A stretch of 64,000 nucleotides of DNA, taken from Candidatus Oxydemutator sp. (GTDB taxonomy: Bacteria; Pseudomonadota; Gammaproteobacteria; Poriferisulfidales; Oxydemutatoraceae). Location of the stretch: NCBI GenBank assembly GCA_965203445.1, contig OZ241883.1:96001-160000 (forward strand). The letters run 5' to 3'. Shown here piece by piece: positions 1-10,850 of this stretch; the first letter of the stretch is position 1; each line of letters begins with the position of its first letter. A program made the translations under genes and the position numbers. The notes under the pieces are model-generated. The model saw only the letters and a list, made by a program, of their open reading frames with translations, was not told the DNA's origin and ran no database searches.

Positions 1-1780
1 CGGCGCGCTTCTCGGTGAACGTGCAATGCTCGCCCTGGCGCTTGAGCGTGCGCTCGTCGTAGGAGGCCCCCGCCGGCGAACCGAGCACGTCGTGCAGCGC
101 GCGGTGCACGAGCACATCGGGATAACGGCGGATCGGCGACGTGAAATGCGCGTAGGACTCGAGCGCCAGGCCGAAATGCCCGGTGTTGAGCGGCGCGTAC
201 ACCGCGCGCGCCAGCGAACGCAGGACGACGCCGGTGATCACGCGCCGGCGCTCGTGCCCGCCCGCGTGCGCCAGCACGCGCGCCACGTCCGCGACTTCGC
301 CGGCGCCCAGGTCGAGACCGAAGTCGCGCAAAAAGCAGGCGAGATCGTCGCCGGCGCCGTCCTTCAGCCCCTGGTGGACGCGGTAGAGAAAACGCCGGTC
401 GTGGCGCTTCAGAAAAGCCGCGGCGGCGACGTTGGCGCAGATCATGAACTCCTCGATCAGGCGATGCGCGTCGCCCCGCACGAGCGGCACCACGTCCCGC
501 AGACGCCCACGCGCATCGAGACGCACGCGCGCCTCGCAGGTCTCAAAGTCGAGCGCCGCGCGGCGCGCGCGCGCGGCGCGCAGCGCCTGGTAGATTTCGT
601 GGGCACGGCGCAGCATCTTCCGCACCGGCGCCGTACACGACGCCGGCAGCGGCGCGGCGCGCGAGAAAAACGCGCCGACCTCGCTGTAGCGCAGGCGCGC
701 GCGCGAACGAATCACGGCCGTGCAAAAGTCGTGCTCGAGCAATTCGCCGGCCGCCGAGACGCGCATCCGGCAGACCAGCGCGGCGCGCTCCTCGCGCGGG
801 CGCAGCGAACACAGGTCGTCCGACAGCAGCGGCGGCAGCATCGGCACGACGCGCCCCGGGAAATACACCGAATTGCCGCGCGCCTCGGCTTCGCGGTCGA
901 GCGCGCCACCCGGGCGAACGTAGCTCGCGACGTCGGCGATAGCGACCCACAACGTCGCCGCACCGGCGTCCTCCTCGCAGCAAATGGCGTCGTCGAAGTC
1001 CTTCGAGTCGCTGCCGTCTATCGTAACGAACGGCAACGCGCGCAAATCCCGGCGCCCGGCGCCGGCGAGCGGCGGCGGCTTGCGTTTGATGGCCTCGCTT
1101 TCCCGCAGCGCCTCGCGCGGCCATTCATCCGGCAGGTCGAAAGCCCGGATCGCCAGTTCGATCTCGAGAGCGCCGTGGTCTTGCCGCTCGAGTACCCGCA
1201 CCAACGTGCCCGTAAGCCGCGCCGACGTCGGCGACGGCGGTTGCAGGCGCACGACGACCGCGGCGCCGTCGGCGGGCGCAAGCCCGTCATCGTTCACCGG
1301 AACGCTGCCCAGGCCGCGCTCGCGCAACGGCACGACGCAGCGACCGCGCCGCGAAAACAGGCCGACCAGTTCGTGGCGGCGTTCGAGCACCTCGACCGCC
1401 ACCGGCTTCGCCTCGCGCGGGCCGGCGTCCGCGATCACGCGCAGACGAACGCGGTCGTCGGCGAACAAGCGGCGCGCCAGTTTAGCCGGAAGCGCCACGC
1501 GCGCGCCGCCGTCGTCGCGGCGCAGCGCCAAGCCACCGTCGTCGCGCTCGACGCGGCCGACGACGAACACGGGCTTGCGCCGCGTCGCGTACGCGCCGCC
1601 GGCGTCGCAGCGGATCTCGCCGTCGCGCTCCATCGCCGCGAGGCGCCTTGAAAAAGCGGTTTTTTCGTCGTCGCCGTCCAGATCGAAATGGACGAGCAGT
1701 CTGGGCAGGCGCAGCGGCTTCGCGCTCGCGTCTATCGTCTCGTAGATGGATTGCCTTTCCGGGATAACGGTCTTGGCCAA
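1..1780 (-). CDS. rnr: Ribonuclease R (3' end runs off the window)
   Basis: Manual minus-strand translation gives RNB motifs FVTIDGSDSKDFDDA, RGNSVYFPGRVVPMLP, HFTSPIRRYPD and GEHCTFTEKRA; TTG at 1780 is in frame with them; absent from the ORF track because the stop lies outside the window. Confidence 0.93.
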   Translation of the reverse strand, partial: MAKTVIPERQSIYETIDASAKPLRLPRLLVHFDLDGDDEKTAFSRRLAAMERDGEIRCDAGGAYATRRKPVFVVGRVERDDGGLALRRDDGGARVALPAKLARRLFADDRVRLRVIADAGPREAKPVAVEVLERRHELVGLFSRRGRCVVPLRERGLGSVPVNDDGLAPADGAAVVVRLQPPSPTSARLTGTLVRVLERQDHGALEIELAIRAFDLPDEWPREALRESEAIKRKPPPLAGAGRRDLRALPFVTIDGSDSKDFDDAICCEEDAGAATLWVAIADVASYVRPGGALDREAEARGNSVYFPGRVVPMLPPLLSDDLCSLRPREERAALVCRMRVSAAGELLEHDFCTAVIRSRARLRYSEVGAFFSRAAPLPASCTAPVRKMLRRAHEIYQALRAARARRAALDFETCEARVRLDARGRLRDVVPLVRGDAHRLIEEFMICANVAAAAFLKRHDRRFLYRVHQGLKDGAGDDLACFLRDFGLDLGAGEVADVARVLAHAGGHERRRVITGVVLRSLARAVYAPLNTGHFGLALESYAHFTSPIRRYPDVLVHRALHDVLGSPAGASYDERTLKRQGEHCTFTEKRA

Positions 1781-1858
1781 CGGTGTGCTCCGGGAACGGC
1801 GCCGCGGCGAGGGAGAAATACGCGCCGACTCCTGTATAATCGCGCCATTCTAACACAT

Positions 1859-1942
<84 letters not shown>

Positions 1943-1949
1943 CACGGAT

Positions 1950-2813
1950 TCATCCGTCGCGCTCGAGCATCCGCAGGACTTGCTTATACAGGCGGTTGCG
2001 CGCCAAGCCGCTCAATTCGGAGACGACGCCGGCGGCGACGCCGGGCGGCAGATGCCGCGCCAGGCGCTGCAACAAGTCTTGCGCGGACACCGTAATTTCC
2101 TCCGCGGGCGCGGCGTTCGCGCCCGCGACCAACAACACGAACTCGCCCTTGCCCCGGGCCGCGTCGGCCGCGAGCCACCGGCGCACGCCGGCGGGCGTGC
2201 CGCGCACCACGGCCTCGTGCACCTTGGTCATCTCCTTCGCCAGGCACACCTCGCGCTCCTCGCCGAACACGCCGCCCAGGTCCTCGAGCAACGCCGCGAT
2301 CCGGTGCGGCGCCTCGAAAAAGACCATCGTGCGGCGTTCGCGCGCGAACTCGCGCAGGCGCGCGACGCGCGCCCGCGGCGTCGCCGGCAGAAAGCCCTCG
2401 AACACGAAACGATCGGCGTCGAAACCGGCGCACGACAGCGCCGCCGCCGCGGCGCTGGCACCGGGCAACGGCGCGACGCGCACGCCGCGCGCGTGGGCCG
2501 CGGCCACTAGGCGGCGCCCGGCGTCGCGCACCAACGGCGTGCCGGCGTCGCTCAGCAACGCGGCGTCCTCGCCGCGCGCAAGGCGCGCGATCAGCGCCGC
2601 ACATTTGCGCGCCTCGTTGTGGCGGTGCAGGCTTTCGGTGTGCGCGCCTATGCGGTAGCGCGCGAGCAACACCGCGCTGGTGCGCGTGTCCTCGCACAGG
2701 ATCCAATCCACGCCACGCAAGATCTCGACCGCCCTGAACGTGAAGTCGCCAAGGTTGCCTATCGGCGTCGCCGCGACGTACAAAGTGCCGCGACCATCGG
2801 TGTGTTTCGCCAT
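1950..2813 (-). CDS. rsmI: 16S rRNA (C1402) 2'-O-methyltransferase
   Basis: LYVAATPIGNLGD, CEDTR, LSDAGTP, FEGFLP, FFEAPHRI, KEMTKVHE motifs; divergent from lpoA as in the yraL-yraM arrangement. Confidence 0.96.
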   Translation of the reverse strand: MAKHTDGRGTLYVAATPIGNLGDFTFRAVEILRGVDWILCEDTRTSAVLLARYRIGAHTESLHRHNEARKCAALIARLARGEDAALLSDAGTPLVRDAGRRLVAAAHARGVRVAPLPGASAAAAALSCAGFDADRFVFEGFLPATPRARVARLREFARERRTMVFFEAPHRIAALLEDLGGVFGEEREVCLAKEMTKVHEAVVRGTPAGVRRWLAADAARGKGEFVLLVAGANAAPAEEITVSAQDLLQRLARHLPPGVAAGVVSELSGLARNRLYKQVLRMLERDG

Positions 2814-2849
2814 CTGTAGTAGAATGAATCGTGCCAGCCAGATCTTTCA

Positions 2850-4730
2850 ATGCCAGAAGTAACACGCCCCGCCCGGCAAGGCAACCGCCGCCTCGGTGCA
2901 CGCCTGGGCGCGCGCTGCCTTGCCGCGCTGCTGTGCGCGAACACCGCCGGCTGCGGCGGAGTGCTGCAACTCGACTTCGTGCAGGACATGTGGACGCAAA
3001 AAGCGTACCGCGAGGCGACGCAGCTCACCGAGCAAGGGCGCTACGCGCAAGCCGCGGAAATTCTGTGGAACACCGCGCAGGACCTGCCGCCGCCACACCG
3101 TGAAAAAATGCAGGTCGAAAGCGCACGCGCGCTGCTCGACGGGCAATACCTGCTGCACGCGCGCCAAAGCCTCGCGTTGATCGACGAAAGCGCTCTGGAC
3201 GCGCCCGGCCTGCTCGACAAGCGCGTGCTCGAGGCAGTGTTCTACCGCGAGGCCGAGCAGCCCGCCAGGATCCTGGAACTGCTGCCCGACGCGATCGTCA
3301 CGCGCGGTGCGGCGCCGGTGCGCGCCGCCGCACTCGAACTGCTGGCGGCGGCGCTGTTCGACCGCGGGCGCTATTTCGACAGCGTCACCGCGCGCCTGCG
3401 GCGCCGCGAGTTGTTGGACGCGGACGCCGCGCGCGAGAACACGATGGCATTGTGGAAGGCGCTCACCGCCGCCGACCCCGCCGACATGGCCGCAAGGCTC
3501 GCGACGCTGAACGACGACGGCGGCGGCGACCTCCGGCTGCGCGCGTGGCTCGAACTGGCGGCGCTGGCAACGCCGCGGGAAATAGACCGCACCCGGCTGG
3601 AGCAGGCGTACGCCGGCTGGCGCGCGAAAAACAATTTCCTGTCGGTACCGGAGGCGGTCACCCGGCAGCTGCACGCGCGCTGGGACTATCTCGACTTCCG
3701 CCCGCGCAAGGTCGCGCTGCTGCTACCGCTGACCGGACGCTACGGACGCCACGGCAAGGCCATCCGCGGCGGGTTCCTGCGGGCGCACGCCGCGGCTTTC
3801 ACCGATCTCGAGGTGCGCTTTCACAACACCGACCAGGAGCGAAGCGTCACCGAACTGTACCGGCGGGCGGTGGCGCGTGGCGCCGAAGCCGTCATCGGGC
3901 CGCTGCTCAAGCACGAGGTCGAAGAGCTGCTCGAGGCAGGCGCGGCCGAAGCGCCGACGATCACGCTGAACTACCACAACGACGGCGGTTTCCGAGCGCG
4001 CGGAGAGTTGTTCCAGTTCGGACTGCTGCCCGAGGACGAGGCGGTGCAGGTCGCGGAGAAAATGCACGCCAGGGGTCTCGACCACGCCATCGCGCTGACG
4101 CCCGACGACGCGTGGGGACGGCGGCTCTACCGGCGCTTCGAGGAACGCTACACCGAACTCGGCGGCCAGGTGCAAGAAATCCGCCGCTACGACGTTCACT
4201 TCGAGGACTACGCGACGATCGTGCAGTCGCTGCTGCGACTCGACGACAGCAAAAAACGCCATCGCGCGCTCGAACGGATAGTCGGCGAGGAGTTGCGCTT
4301 CACGCCGCGCATACGCGGCGACGTCAACGCCGCGGTGTTGTTCGCGCCCCCGGAAAAAGCGGCGCTGATCTACCCGCTGCTCAAGTATTACTACGCCGAG
4401 GAACTGCCGGTCTATGCGACGTCGCACGTCTATCAACCGGGCCGCGAGAAGATCCTGCGCGAACTCGACGGCCTGATCTACTGCGACGTGCCGTTGATGA
4501 TAGACGATGCCCCCGAGAACGCGCGCCCGGACGAATATCCGAGGCTGTTCGCACTCGGCGCCGACGCCTATGGCCTGATGGGCGCGATCCGCCGCATGGC
4601 GGTGAGCAACGTGCGCATGCCCGGCGCCACCGGCGTCCTCTCGGTCGGCGCCAACCGCCGCCTGTTTCGGCGGCTGTCGTGGGCGAGGTTTGCCAGAGGC
4701 AAGCCGGTGCCCCTGGGAGAAAGCTGGTGA
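2850..4730 (+). CDS. lpoA: Penicillin-binding protein activator LpoA (LppC family lipoprotein)
   Basis: Lipobox-like TAGC, KVALLLPLTG, IGPLLK, FGLLPEDEA, PRLFALGADAY, GATGVL motifs; synteny rsmI-lpoA-yraN. Confidence 0.9.
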   Translation: MPEVTRPARQGNRRLGARLGARCLAALLCANTAGCGGVLQLDFVQDMWTQKAYREATQLTEQGRYAQAAEILWNTAQDLPPPHREKMQVESARALLDGQYLLHARQSLALIDESALDAPGLLDKRVLEAVFYREAEQPARILELLPDAIVTRGAAPVRAAALELLAAALFDRGRYFDSVTARLRRRELLDADAARENTMALWKALTAADPADMAARLATLNDDGGGDLRLRAWLELAALATPREIDRTRLEQAYAGWRAKNNFLSVPEAVTRQLHARWDYLDFRPRKVALLLPLTGRYGRHGKAIRGGFLRAHAAAFTDLEVRFHNTDQERSVTELYRRAVARGAEAVIGPLLKHEVEELLEAGAAEAPTITLNYHNDGGFRARGELFQFGLLPEDEAVQVAEKMHARGLDHAIALTPDDAWGRRLYRRFEERYTELGGQVQEIRRYDVHFEDYATIVQSLLRLDDSKKRHRALERIVGEELRFTPRIRGDVNAAVLFAPPEKAALIYPLLKYYYAEELPVYATSHVYQPGREKILRELDGLIYCDVPLMIDDAPENARPDEYPRLFALGADAYGLMGAIRRMAVSNVRMPGATGVLSVGANRRLFRRLSWARFARGKPVPLGESW

Positions 4731-5074
4731 CGGACGGGCACGCCGTCGGGCGCGCCGCGGAAGACGCCGCGCTGGCGCGCCTGCGGCAGAGCGGCCTCAG
4801 GCTGCTCGAGCGCAACTACCGGGCGCGACGCGGCGAGATAGACTTGGTGATGCGCGACGGCGACACCCTGGTATTCGTCGAGGTGCGCTACCGCAGAAGC
4901 ACCAGTCACGGCGCCGCCGCCGAGACCGTGGACCGCCGCAAGCGCGCAAGGCTGATCGCCGCGGCGCAATCCTATCTGCAACAAAACCGCCGGAACGACG
5001 CCTGTCGTTTCGACGTCGTCGCACTACAGGACGGACGCCTAGACTGGATGCGCGACGCCTTCCGCTGCGACTGA
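4727..5074 (+). CDS. yraN: YraN family (UPF0102) endonuclease-like protein
   Basis: GRAAEDAA, LLERNYRARRGEIDLVM, LVFVEVRYR, CRFDVV; GTG at 4727 overlaps the lpoA stop (C-terminal part of track ORF 3452..5074). Confidence 0.93.
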   Translation: MTDGHAVGRAAEDAALARLRQSGLRLLERNYRARRGEIDLVMRDGDTLVFVEVRYRRSTSHGAAAETVDRRKRARLIAAAQSYLQQNRRNDACRFDVVALQDGRLDWMRDAFRCD

Positions 5075-5120
5075 AACGGGCCGCGCGCCGACCAGGGAGC
5101 GGCCTGCACTCCCGGTATAA

Positions 5121-5765
<645 letters not shown>

Positions 5766-5769
5766 CACC

Positions 5770-7140
5770 TTGGCGCTGAACGCGCGCTTCCTGGGCCTGC
5801 TGCAAGCCGCCTGTCCCGGGCGCGTGGTGACCGAGGAGGCCGCGTGCTGGACCTACGGTTACGACAACAGCCGCCGCCACGCGCGGCCCGAGGCCGTGGT
5901 GTTTCCGGCGAACCACGACGAGACGCTGGCGCTGGTGCGCGCCTGCCGCGAGCACCGCGTCGCGCTGACGCCGCGCGGGCGCGGCACCAACACGACCGGC
6001 GCGTGCGTGCCGGTGCACGGCGGCGTCGTCGTCTCGTTCGAGCGCATGAACCGCATACTCGCCCTCAGTGCCGCCGACCGTTCGCTGCGCGTGCAACCGG
6101 GAGCCACCAACCAGGAGGTGCAGGATCGCTGCGCCGGCGCCGGCCTGTTCTGGCCGCCGGACCCGGGCAGCGCCGCGTATTGCTCGATCGGCGGCAACCT
6201 CGCGTGCAACGCCGCCGGCCCGCGCGCGCTCAAGTACGGCACCGCGCGCGACAACGTGCTGCAACTGAAGGCGGTGACCGGCGCCGGCGAGACCCTGGTA
6301 ACCGGCGCCCGCACCACGAAGAGCGTCGTCGGCCTCGATCTGACGCGGCTGCTGATCGGTTCCGAGGGCACGCTCGCGCTGATCACCGAGGCGCTGTTGA
6401 AGTTGACGCCGCGCGCGCCGCACAAACGCACGCTGCGCGCCGTCTATGCGGGCGCCGAGGCGGCCGGCGCCGCGGTGTGCTCGATCACGTCGCAACCGGA
6501 GACGCCGTGCGCGCTCGAACTGATGGACGACGTGTGCCTGCGCCTGCTGCGCGAGCACGGCGGCGCCGACGTGCGCGACGACGCGCGCGCGATGTTGATC
6601 ATCGAGGCCGACGGCGGCAAGGCGGCCGTCGCCGAGGCCGCGGCGGCGCTGCGCGAGGCGGCGCGCAATCCGGGGCTGCTCGCGCTCGACGAGGCCGCGC
6701 CCGACGACGGCGAGCGCCTGTGGCGCGCGCGCCGGGAGCTGTCGCCGGTGCTCAGAAACTTCAAGCCGTGCAAGATCAACGAGGACGTCGTCGTGCCGGT
6801 GTCGCGCGTCGCCGATCTGCTGCGGCGGCTCGGCAACGTCGGCGAGCGCCATGACGTCGCCGTCGCCGCCTTCGGTCACGCCGGCAACGGCAACCTGCAC
6901 GTCAATGTACTGTACGAACCATCCGAGGAACGGGCGGCACGGAGCGCGCTTGCCGAAATTTTCGCGGCCGTCCTGGAACTGGAAGGCTCGATCTCGGGCG
7001 AGCACGGCGTCGGCTTGAGCAAACGCGACTTCGTGGCGCTCGAACTCGAGGCGCCGACGCGCGCGGTTATGCGGCGCGTTACGCGCGCGCTCGACCCCGA
7101 CGACGTGCTGAACAGCGGCAAGGGATTGCCGCGGGAGTAG
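5770..7140 (+). CDS. FAD-linked oxidase, GlcD / D-2-hydroxyacid dehydrogenase family
   Basis: PRGRGT, PPDPGS, IGGNLACNAAGP, LLIGSEGTL, GHAGNGNLH, GSISGEHGVG. Confidence 0.9.
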   Translation: MALNARFLGLLQAACPGRVVTEEAACWTYGYDNSRRHARPEAVVFPANHDETLALVRACREHRVALTPRGRGTNTTGACVPVHGGVVVSFERMNRILALSAADRSLRVQPGATNQEVQDRCAGAGLFWPPDPGSAAYCSIGGNLACNAAGPRALKYGTARDNVLQLKAVTGAGETLVTGARTTKSVVGLDLTRLLIGSEGTLALITEALLKLTPRAPHKRTLRAVYAGAEAAGAAVCSITSQPETPCALELMDDVCLRLLREHGGADVRDDARAMLIIEADGGKAAVAEAAAALREAARNPGLLALDEAAPDDGERLWRARRELSPVLRNFKPCKINEDVVVPVSRVADLLRRLGNVGERHDVAVAAFGHAGNGNLHVNVLYEPSEERAARSALAEIFAAVLELEGSISGEHGVGLSKRDFVALELEAPTRAVMRRVTRALDPDDVLNSGKGLPRE

Positions 7141-7161
7141 CACCGGGAAGGGGAGGCGCGG

Positions 7162-8019
7162 CTACCCTCGCCGCACCTCGAACGCCCGGTGTTCGAGGCA
7201 CGGAAAACTGCACCGCAGCCGGCGCTGCTCGGCGCGGTCTATGATCGCCGACACGACGCCGTCGCCGCCGGCGGCGGCGGCGCGGATCACGCCCCAGAAA
7301 TCAACGACGCAACTGTGGCCGTAGCATGATCTGCCGTTGGCGTGCGTGCCGCTCTGATTGGCGGCGATGACCCAGGCCTGGTTTTCGATGGCGCGCGCGC
7401 GCAGCAGCGGCTGCCAATGCGCCGCGCCGGTCGCCGCCGTGAACGCCGACGGCAACGCGATGATCTCGGCGCCGCCCGCGACCAGCAGCCGGAACAATTC
7501 GGGAAAGCGCAGGTCGTAGCAGACGGTCAGCGCGACGCGCCCGAACGGCGTATCGGCGAGCACCGGCTCGGTGCCCGGCTTGTAGGCGGCGGACTCGCGG
7601 TAGCGCTGGTTCTGTTCCGGCAAGTCCACGTCGAACAAATGAATCTTGCGATAGGCGGCGACGGTCTTGCCGTTCGCGGCTATCAACGGCGACACCGCGT
7701 AGGCGCGTTCGTCGTCCGGCGACTCCACCGGCACGGTGCCGCCGATCAGCCACACGCCGCGGCGCACCGCCTGCTCCGCCAGAAAATCCTGGATCGGCCC
7801 GCGGCCCTCCGGCTCGCGCAGCGCGAGCTGATCGCGCTGCTCGCGCCCGATGAAAGCGAAGGTCTCCGGCAGCACGATCAACAACGCGCCGTCGCCGGCG
7901 GCGTCGGCAATGGCCGCGGCCGCGTGGCGCAGGTTCCTGGCGACGTCGTCCGTCGAGTTCATCTGAATCGCGGCGCAACGGAAGCGCTCCATAGCGTCGT
8001 CGTTCATAGCGCCGTCCAC
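7162..8019 (-). CDS. Carbon-nitrogen hydrolase (Nit1 / deaminated glutathione amidase family); start uncertain
   Basis: Catalytic triad motifs LPE, YRKIHLFD, VCYDLRFPELFR; also ARAIENQ. Confidence 0.92.
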   Translation of the reverse strand: MDGAMNDDAMERFRCAAIQMNSTDDVARNLRHAAAAIADAAGDGALLIVLPETFAFIGREQRDQLALREPEGRGPIQDFLAEQAVRRGVWLIGGTVPVESPDDERAYAVSPLIAANGKTVAAYRKIHLFDVDLPEQNQRYRESAAYKPGTEPVLADTPFGRVALTVCYDLRFPELFRLLVAGGAEIIALPSAFTAATGAAHWQPLLRARAIENQAWVIAANQSGTHANGRSCYGHSCVVDFWGVIRAAAAGGDGVVSAIIDRAEQRRLRCSFPCLEHRAFEVRRG

Positions 8020-8074
8020 CGCAGCGGGTCGCGGAAATTGCGCGGCCGCGGCCGCGCGCTCCCGGCGACGACGG

Positions 8075-8905
8075 TCACTCGCGCCATTCGGCCAGGCGGC
8101 GGCTGAACTCGCGCCACGTAGGACCCGGCGCGCCGTCGCCGACGGCTTCGTCGTCTATCGTCGTCACCGGCAGGATTTCGCGCGTCGAACTGGTCAGCCA
8201 CACCTCGGTCGCGGTGAACAGCTCGGCCGCGGCAATCGCGCGCTGCTCGCAGACGACGCCGTGCGCGGCGGCGATCTCGATGACGACGCCGCGCGTGATC
8301 CCGGCCAGCAGGCGCGGCCCGGCCGGAGGCGTCGCGAGGTTGCCGGCGATGACGACGAAGACGTTGCTGGCGGCGCCCTCGGTGATCTTGCCGTCGCGCA
8401 GCAGGATCGCCTCGTGCGCGTCGCGGTCGCGCGCGCGCCGGCGCAGCAGCACGTTGGCGAGCAGGCTGACCGACTTGACGTCGCAACGCCCCCAGCGCGT
8501 GTCCTCGGCCGTGATCGCGCGCACGCCGCGCTCCGTCCGCGGTTCCTCGGGCTGCGCCAGCGTCATCGCAAACACCGTCGGTTCGAGGGCCTCGGAGGCG
8601 ACGTGATCCCTGGGCGCCACGCCGCGCGTAACCTGTACGTAGATTGCGAGATCGGACAAACCCGAACGCTCGATCAACCCGTCGCAGACGCCGCGCCACC
8701 GTTGCGGCGGGTACGGGTTTTTTATCTCGGCCTGGGCCAGGCTGTAGGCCAGGCGCTCGACGTGCGCCTGATAACGAAACATCCGGCCGCGGTACACCGG
8801 CACCACCTCATAGACGCCGTCGCCAAACAAAAAACCGCGGTCCAGCGGATTGATGCAGCACTCCTCGAGCGCCAGGAAGCGGCCGTCGTGATAGGCGGCG
8901 GTCAT
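8075..8905 (-). CDS. dat: D-amino acid aminotransferase (class IV PLP enzyme)
   Basis: LDRGFLFGDGVYEV, YVQVTRG, CDVKSVSLL, TEGAASNVF, LLAGITR; follows dac as commonly seen. Confidence 0.88.
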   Translation of the reverse strand: MTAAYHDGRFLALEECCINPLDRGFLFGDGVYEVVPVYRGRMFRYQAHVERLAYSLAQAEIKNPYPPQRWRGVCDGLIERSGLSDLAIYVQVTRGVAPRDHVASEALEPTVFAMTLAQPEEPRTERGVRAITAEDTRWGRCDVKSVSLLANVLLRRRARDRDAHEAILLRDGKITEGAASNVFVVIAGNLATPPAGPRLLAGITRGVVIEIAAAHGVVCEQRAIAAAELFTATEVWLTSSTREILPVTTIDDEAVGDGAPGPTWREFSRRLAEWRE

Positions 8906-10050
8906 TCAAACAGGCGGATGAAACCGTCTCCGATGCGGGTGAATATGCCTCCCTCGGGCACCGCCCGCGCGGCCACCAGCGGCGCCGCGTGCAACAGGCG
9001 GTCGCCAAAAAACGCGCGCGCGGTACCGAGCGCTTGGTGGCGGGCGACCGGCGCCTCGATATCCTCCCGCACCGACAGCTCGGTCCTGATCCCGGCGCGG
9101 CTGACTTTCGGCCAAGTCGCGTAGAAATCGTTCAGCAACACCAGATCGGCGTAGTCGTCCTCGCCGCCCCAGACGCGCGCGCGCTCCAACGGCTTCCCGT
9201 GCTCGAACAGGCGCGTGGTGCGGTAGAAACGAAAACCATAGCGCAGCAGCTCCGCGGTCTGCCGAAAACGTTGCTTGTCGCCGTCGCTGCCGAGCACGAC
9301 CGCTATCAGGCGCATGTCGTCCTGCCGCGCCGACGCCGCCAGGCAGTAGCCCGCGGCCTCGGTGTGGCCGGTCTTCAGGCCGTCCACGCCGAGGTTGCCG
9401 CCGCGCCACAGCAACTTGTTGCGATTGTGCTGGGTGATGCCGGCGTAGGTGAAACTGCGCTCGGCATACAGCGCGTAGTGGCGCGGGAAGTCGCGGATCA
9501 GCGCCTGCGACAGTCTGGCGACGTCGTAGGCGGTCATGTAGTGGCCGGTCGCGGGCAGGCCGCTGGTGTTCACGAAGTTCGAGCCGTCCATGCCGAGCGC
9601 GTCGGCGGTCTCGTTCATCACGTCCACAAAAGTCTCCTCCGAGCCCGCGACGTGTTCGGCCAGCGCGATGCTGGCGTCGTTGCCGGACTGGATCACGACG
9701 CCGGCGATCAGGTCGGACAACGCGACCGACTGCCCGACCTCGATGAACGTGCGCGAGCCCGGGGCGCGCCACGCCGCTTCGCTGACCACCGCCTCGTCGT
9801 CTATGGACACCCGCCCGTCGGCCAGCGCCTGGTAGGCCACGTAGGCGGTCATCAGCTTGGTGAGGCTGGCCGGCTCGAACGATTCCCCGGCGTTCTTCTC
9901 GGCCAGGATCGCGCCGCTGTGGTAGTCCATCAGCAGGTAGCCGCGCGCCGTCGAATCGGGCGGGCGCGGCGCCCAGTCGTTTGCCGCCGCGCCCGGCGAC
10001 CACGCCGCGCCCGCGACCCAGGCGGCCGCCAGCAGGCGGCGCGCGCTCAC
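8902..10050 (-). CDS. dacA: D-alanyl-D-alanine carboxypeptidase (PBP5/6)
   Basis: PASLTK (SxxK), QSGNDA (SxN), LKTG; GTG at 10050 overlaps the rlpA stop. Confidence 0.92.
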   Translation of the reverse strand: MSARRLLAAAWVAGAAWSPGAAANDWAPRPPDSTARGYLLMDYHSGAILAEKNAGESFEPASLTKLMTAYVAYQALADGRVSIDDEAVVSEAAWRAPGSRTFIEVGQSVALSDLIAGVVIQSGNDASIALAEHVAGSEETFVDVMNETADALGMDGSNFVNTSGLPATGHYMTAYDVARLSQALIRDFPRHYALYAERSFTYAGITQHNRNKLLWRGGNLGVDGLKTGHTEAAGYCLAASARQDDMRLIAVVLGSDGDKQRFRQTAELLRYGFRFYRTTRLFEHGKPLERARVWGGEDDYADLVLLNDFYATWPKVSRAGIRTELSVREDIEAPVARHQALGTARAFFGDRLLHAAPLVAARAVPEGGIFTRIGDGFIRLFE

Positions 10051-10829
10051 CACGGCAACACCAGGTAATCGGCAAAGCCGCGCGAACGCAGCCGTTTCTT
10101 GATCGCCGCCAGTTCGCGCAACGCGTAAGGCCCCAGGCGCACCTGGTTGACGCGGCGCCCGCGCGCGCGCGTCCTGACGACCGACGGCCTTAGATCCTTG
10201 AGTTTTTCGGCAACCACCTCGGCGCTGCGCCGGCTGGAATAGGCGCCGACCTGTATCCATCGGTCGCGGCGCCGCGCCGGGGGCAGCAGCTCGATCTCGA
10301 CCGGCACGACGCCGTCTTGGACCATCCCCAATTTGCGCGCCGCCGCGTACGACAGATCTATGATGCGGCCCTCGACGAAAGGCCCGCGGTCGTTGACGCG
10401 AACGACGACGCTCTTGTCGTTGTTCAGGTTGACGACGCGCACGTAGCTCGGCAGCGGCAGCGTCTTGTGCGCGGCGCTCAGTTCGTGCATGTCGAAAATC
10501 TCGCTATTGGCGGTGGGACGCCCGTCAAACCGTTTGCCGTACCAGGAGGCCTTGCCGGTCTCGCGGTAGCCGATCGGGCGCGGTCTCACGTGGTAGCTGC
10601 GACCCGCGATCTCGTACGAATACCTCGGGCCGCGAGGCCGCCAGGCCGTGGCTTGCGCACCCTGGCGCTTCGCGCCGGGCGCGTGCCCGGCGGCGGCGTT
10701 CTCCGAGACGTGTGCGTAGGCGCCGCCACCCGGCGTCGCGCAGCCGCCCAACGTCCACGCGCCGACCAACGTCGCGCACACGCCGAGCGCGCAGGCGGCG
10801 TTTTTGGTCCTTGCGTTGCGCGTCTGCAC
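10047..10829 (-). CDS. rlpA: Septal ring lytic transglycosylase RlpA
   Basis: Lipobox LGGC, ASWYG, AAHKTLPLPSYVRV, VNDRGPF, IIDLSYAAA, C-terminal SPOR (IQVGAY). Confidence 0.95.
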   Translation of the reverse strand: MQTRNARTKNAACALGVCATLVGAWTLGGCATPGGGAYAHVSENAAAGHAPGAKRQGAQATAWRPRGPRYSYEIAGRSYHVRPRPIGYRETGKASWYGKRFDGRPTANSEIFDMHELSAAHKTLPLPSYVRVVNLNNDKSVVVRVNDRGPFVEGRIIDLSYAAARKLGMVQDGVVPVEIELLPPARRRDRWIQVGAYSSRRSAEVVAEKLKDLRPSVVRTRARGRRVNQVRLGPYALRELAAIKKRLRSRGFADYLVLPW

Positions 10830-10850
10830 GTATCGAAATCGGCGGTTCGT

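Noticed and set aside
26-1651. 541-aa plus-strand ORF and many similar long Arg/Ala-rich ORFs across the window
   Set aside because: Antisense or off-frame shadows of recognisable genes (here rnr), expected at high GC
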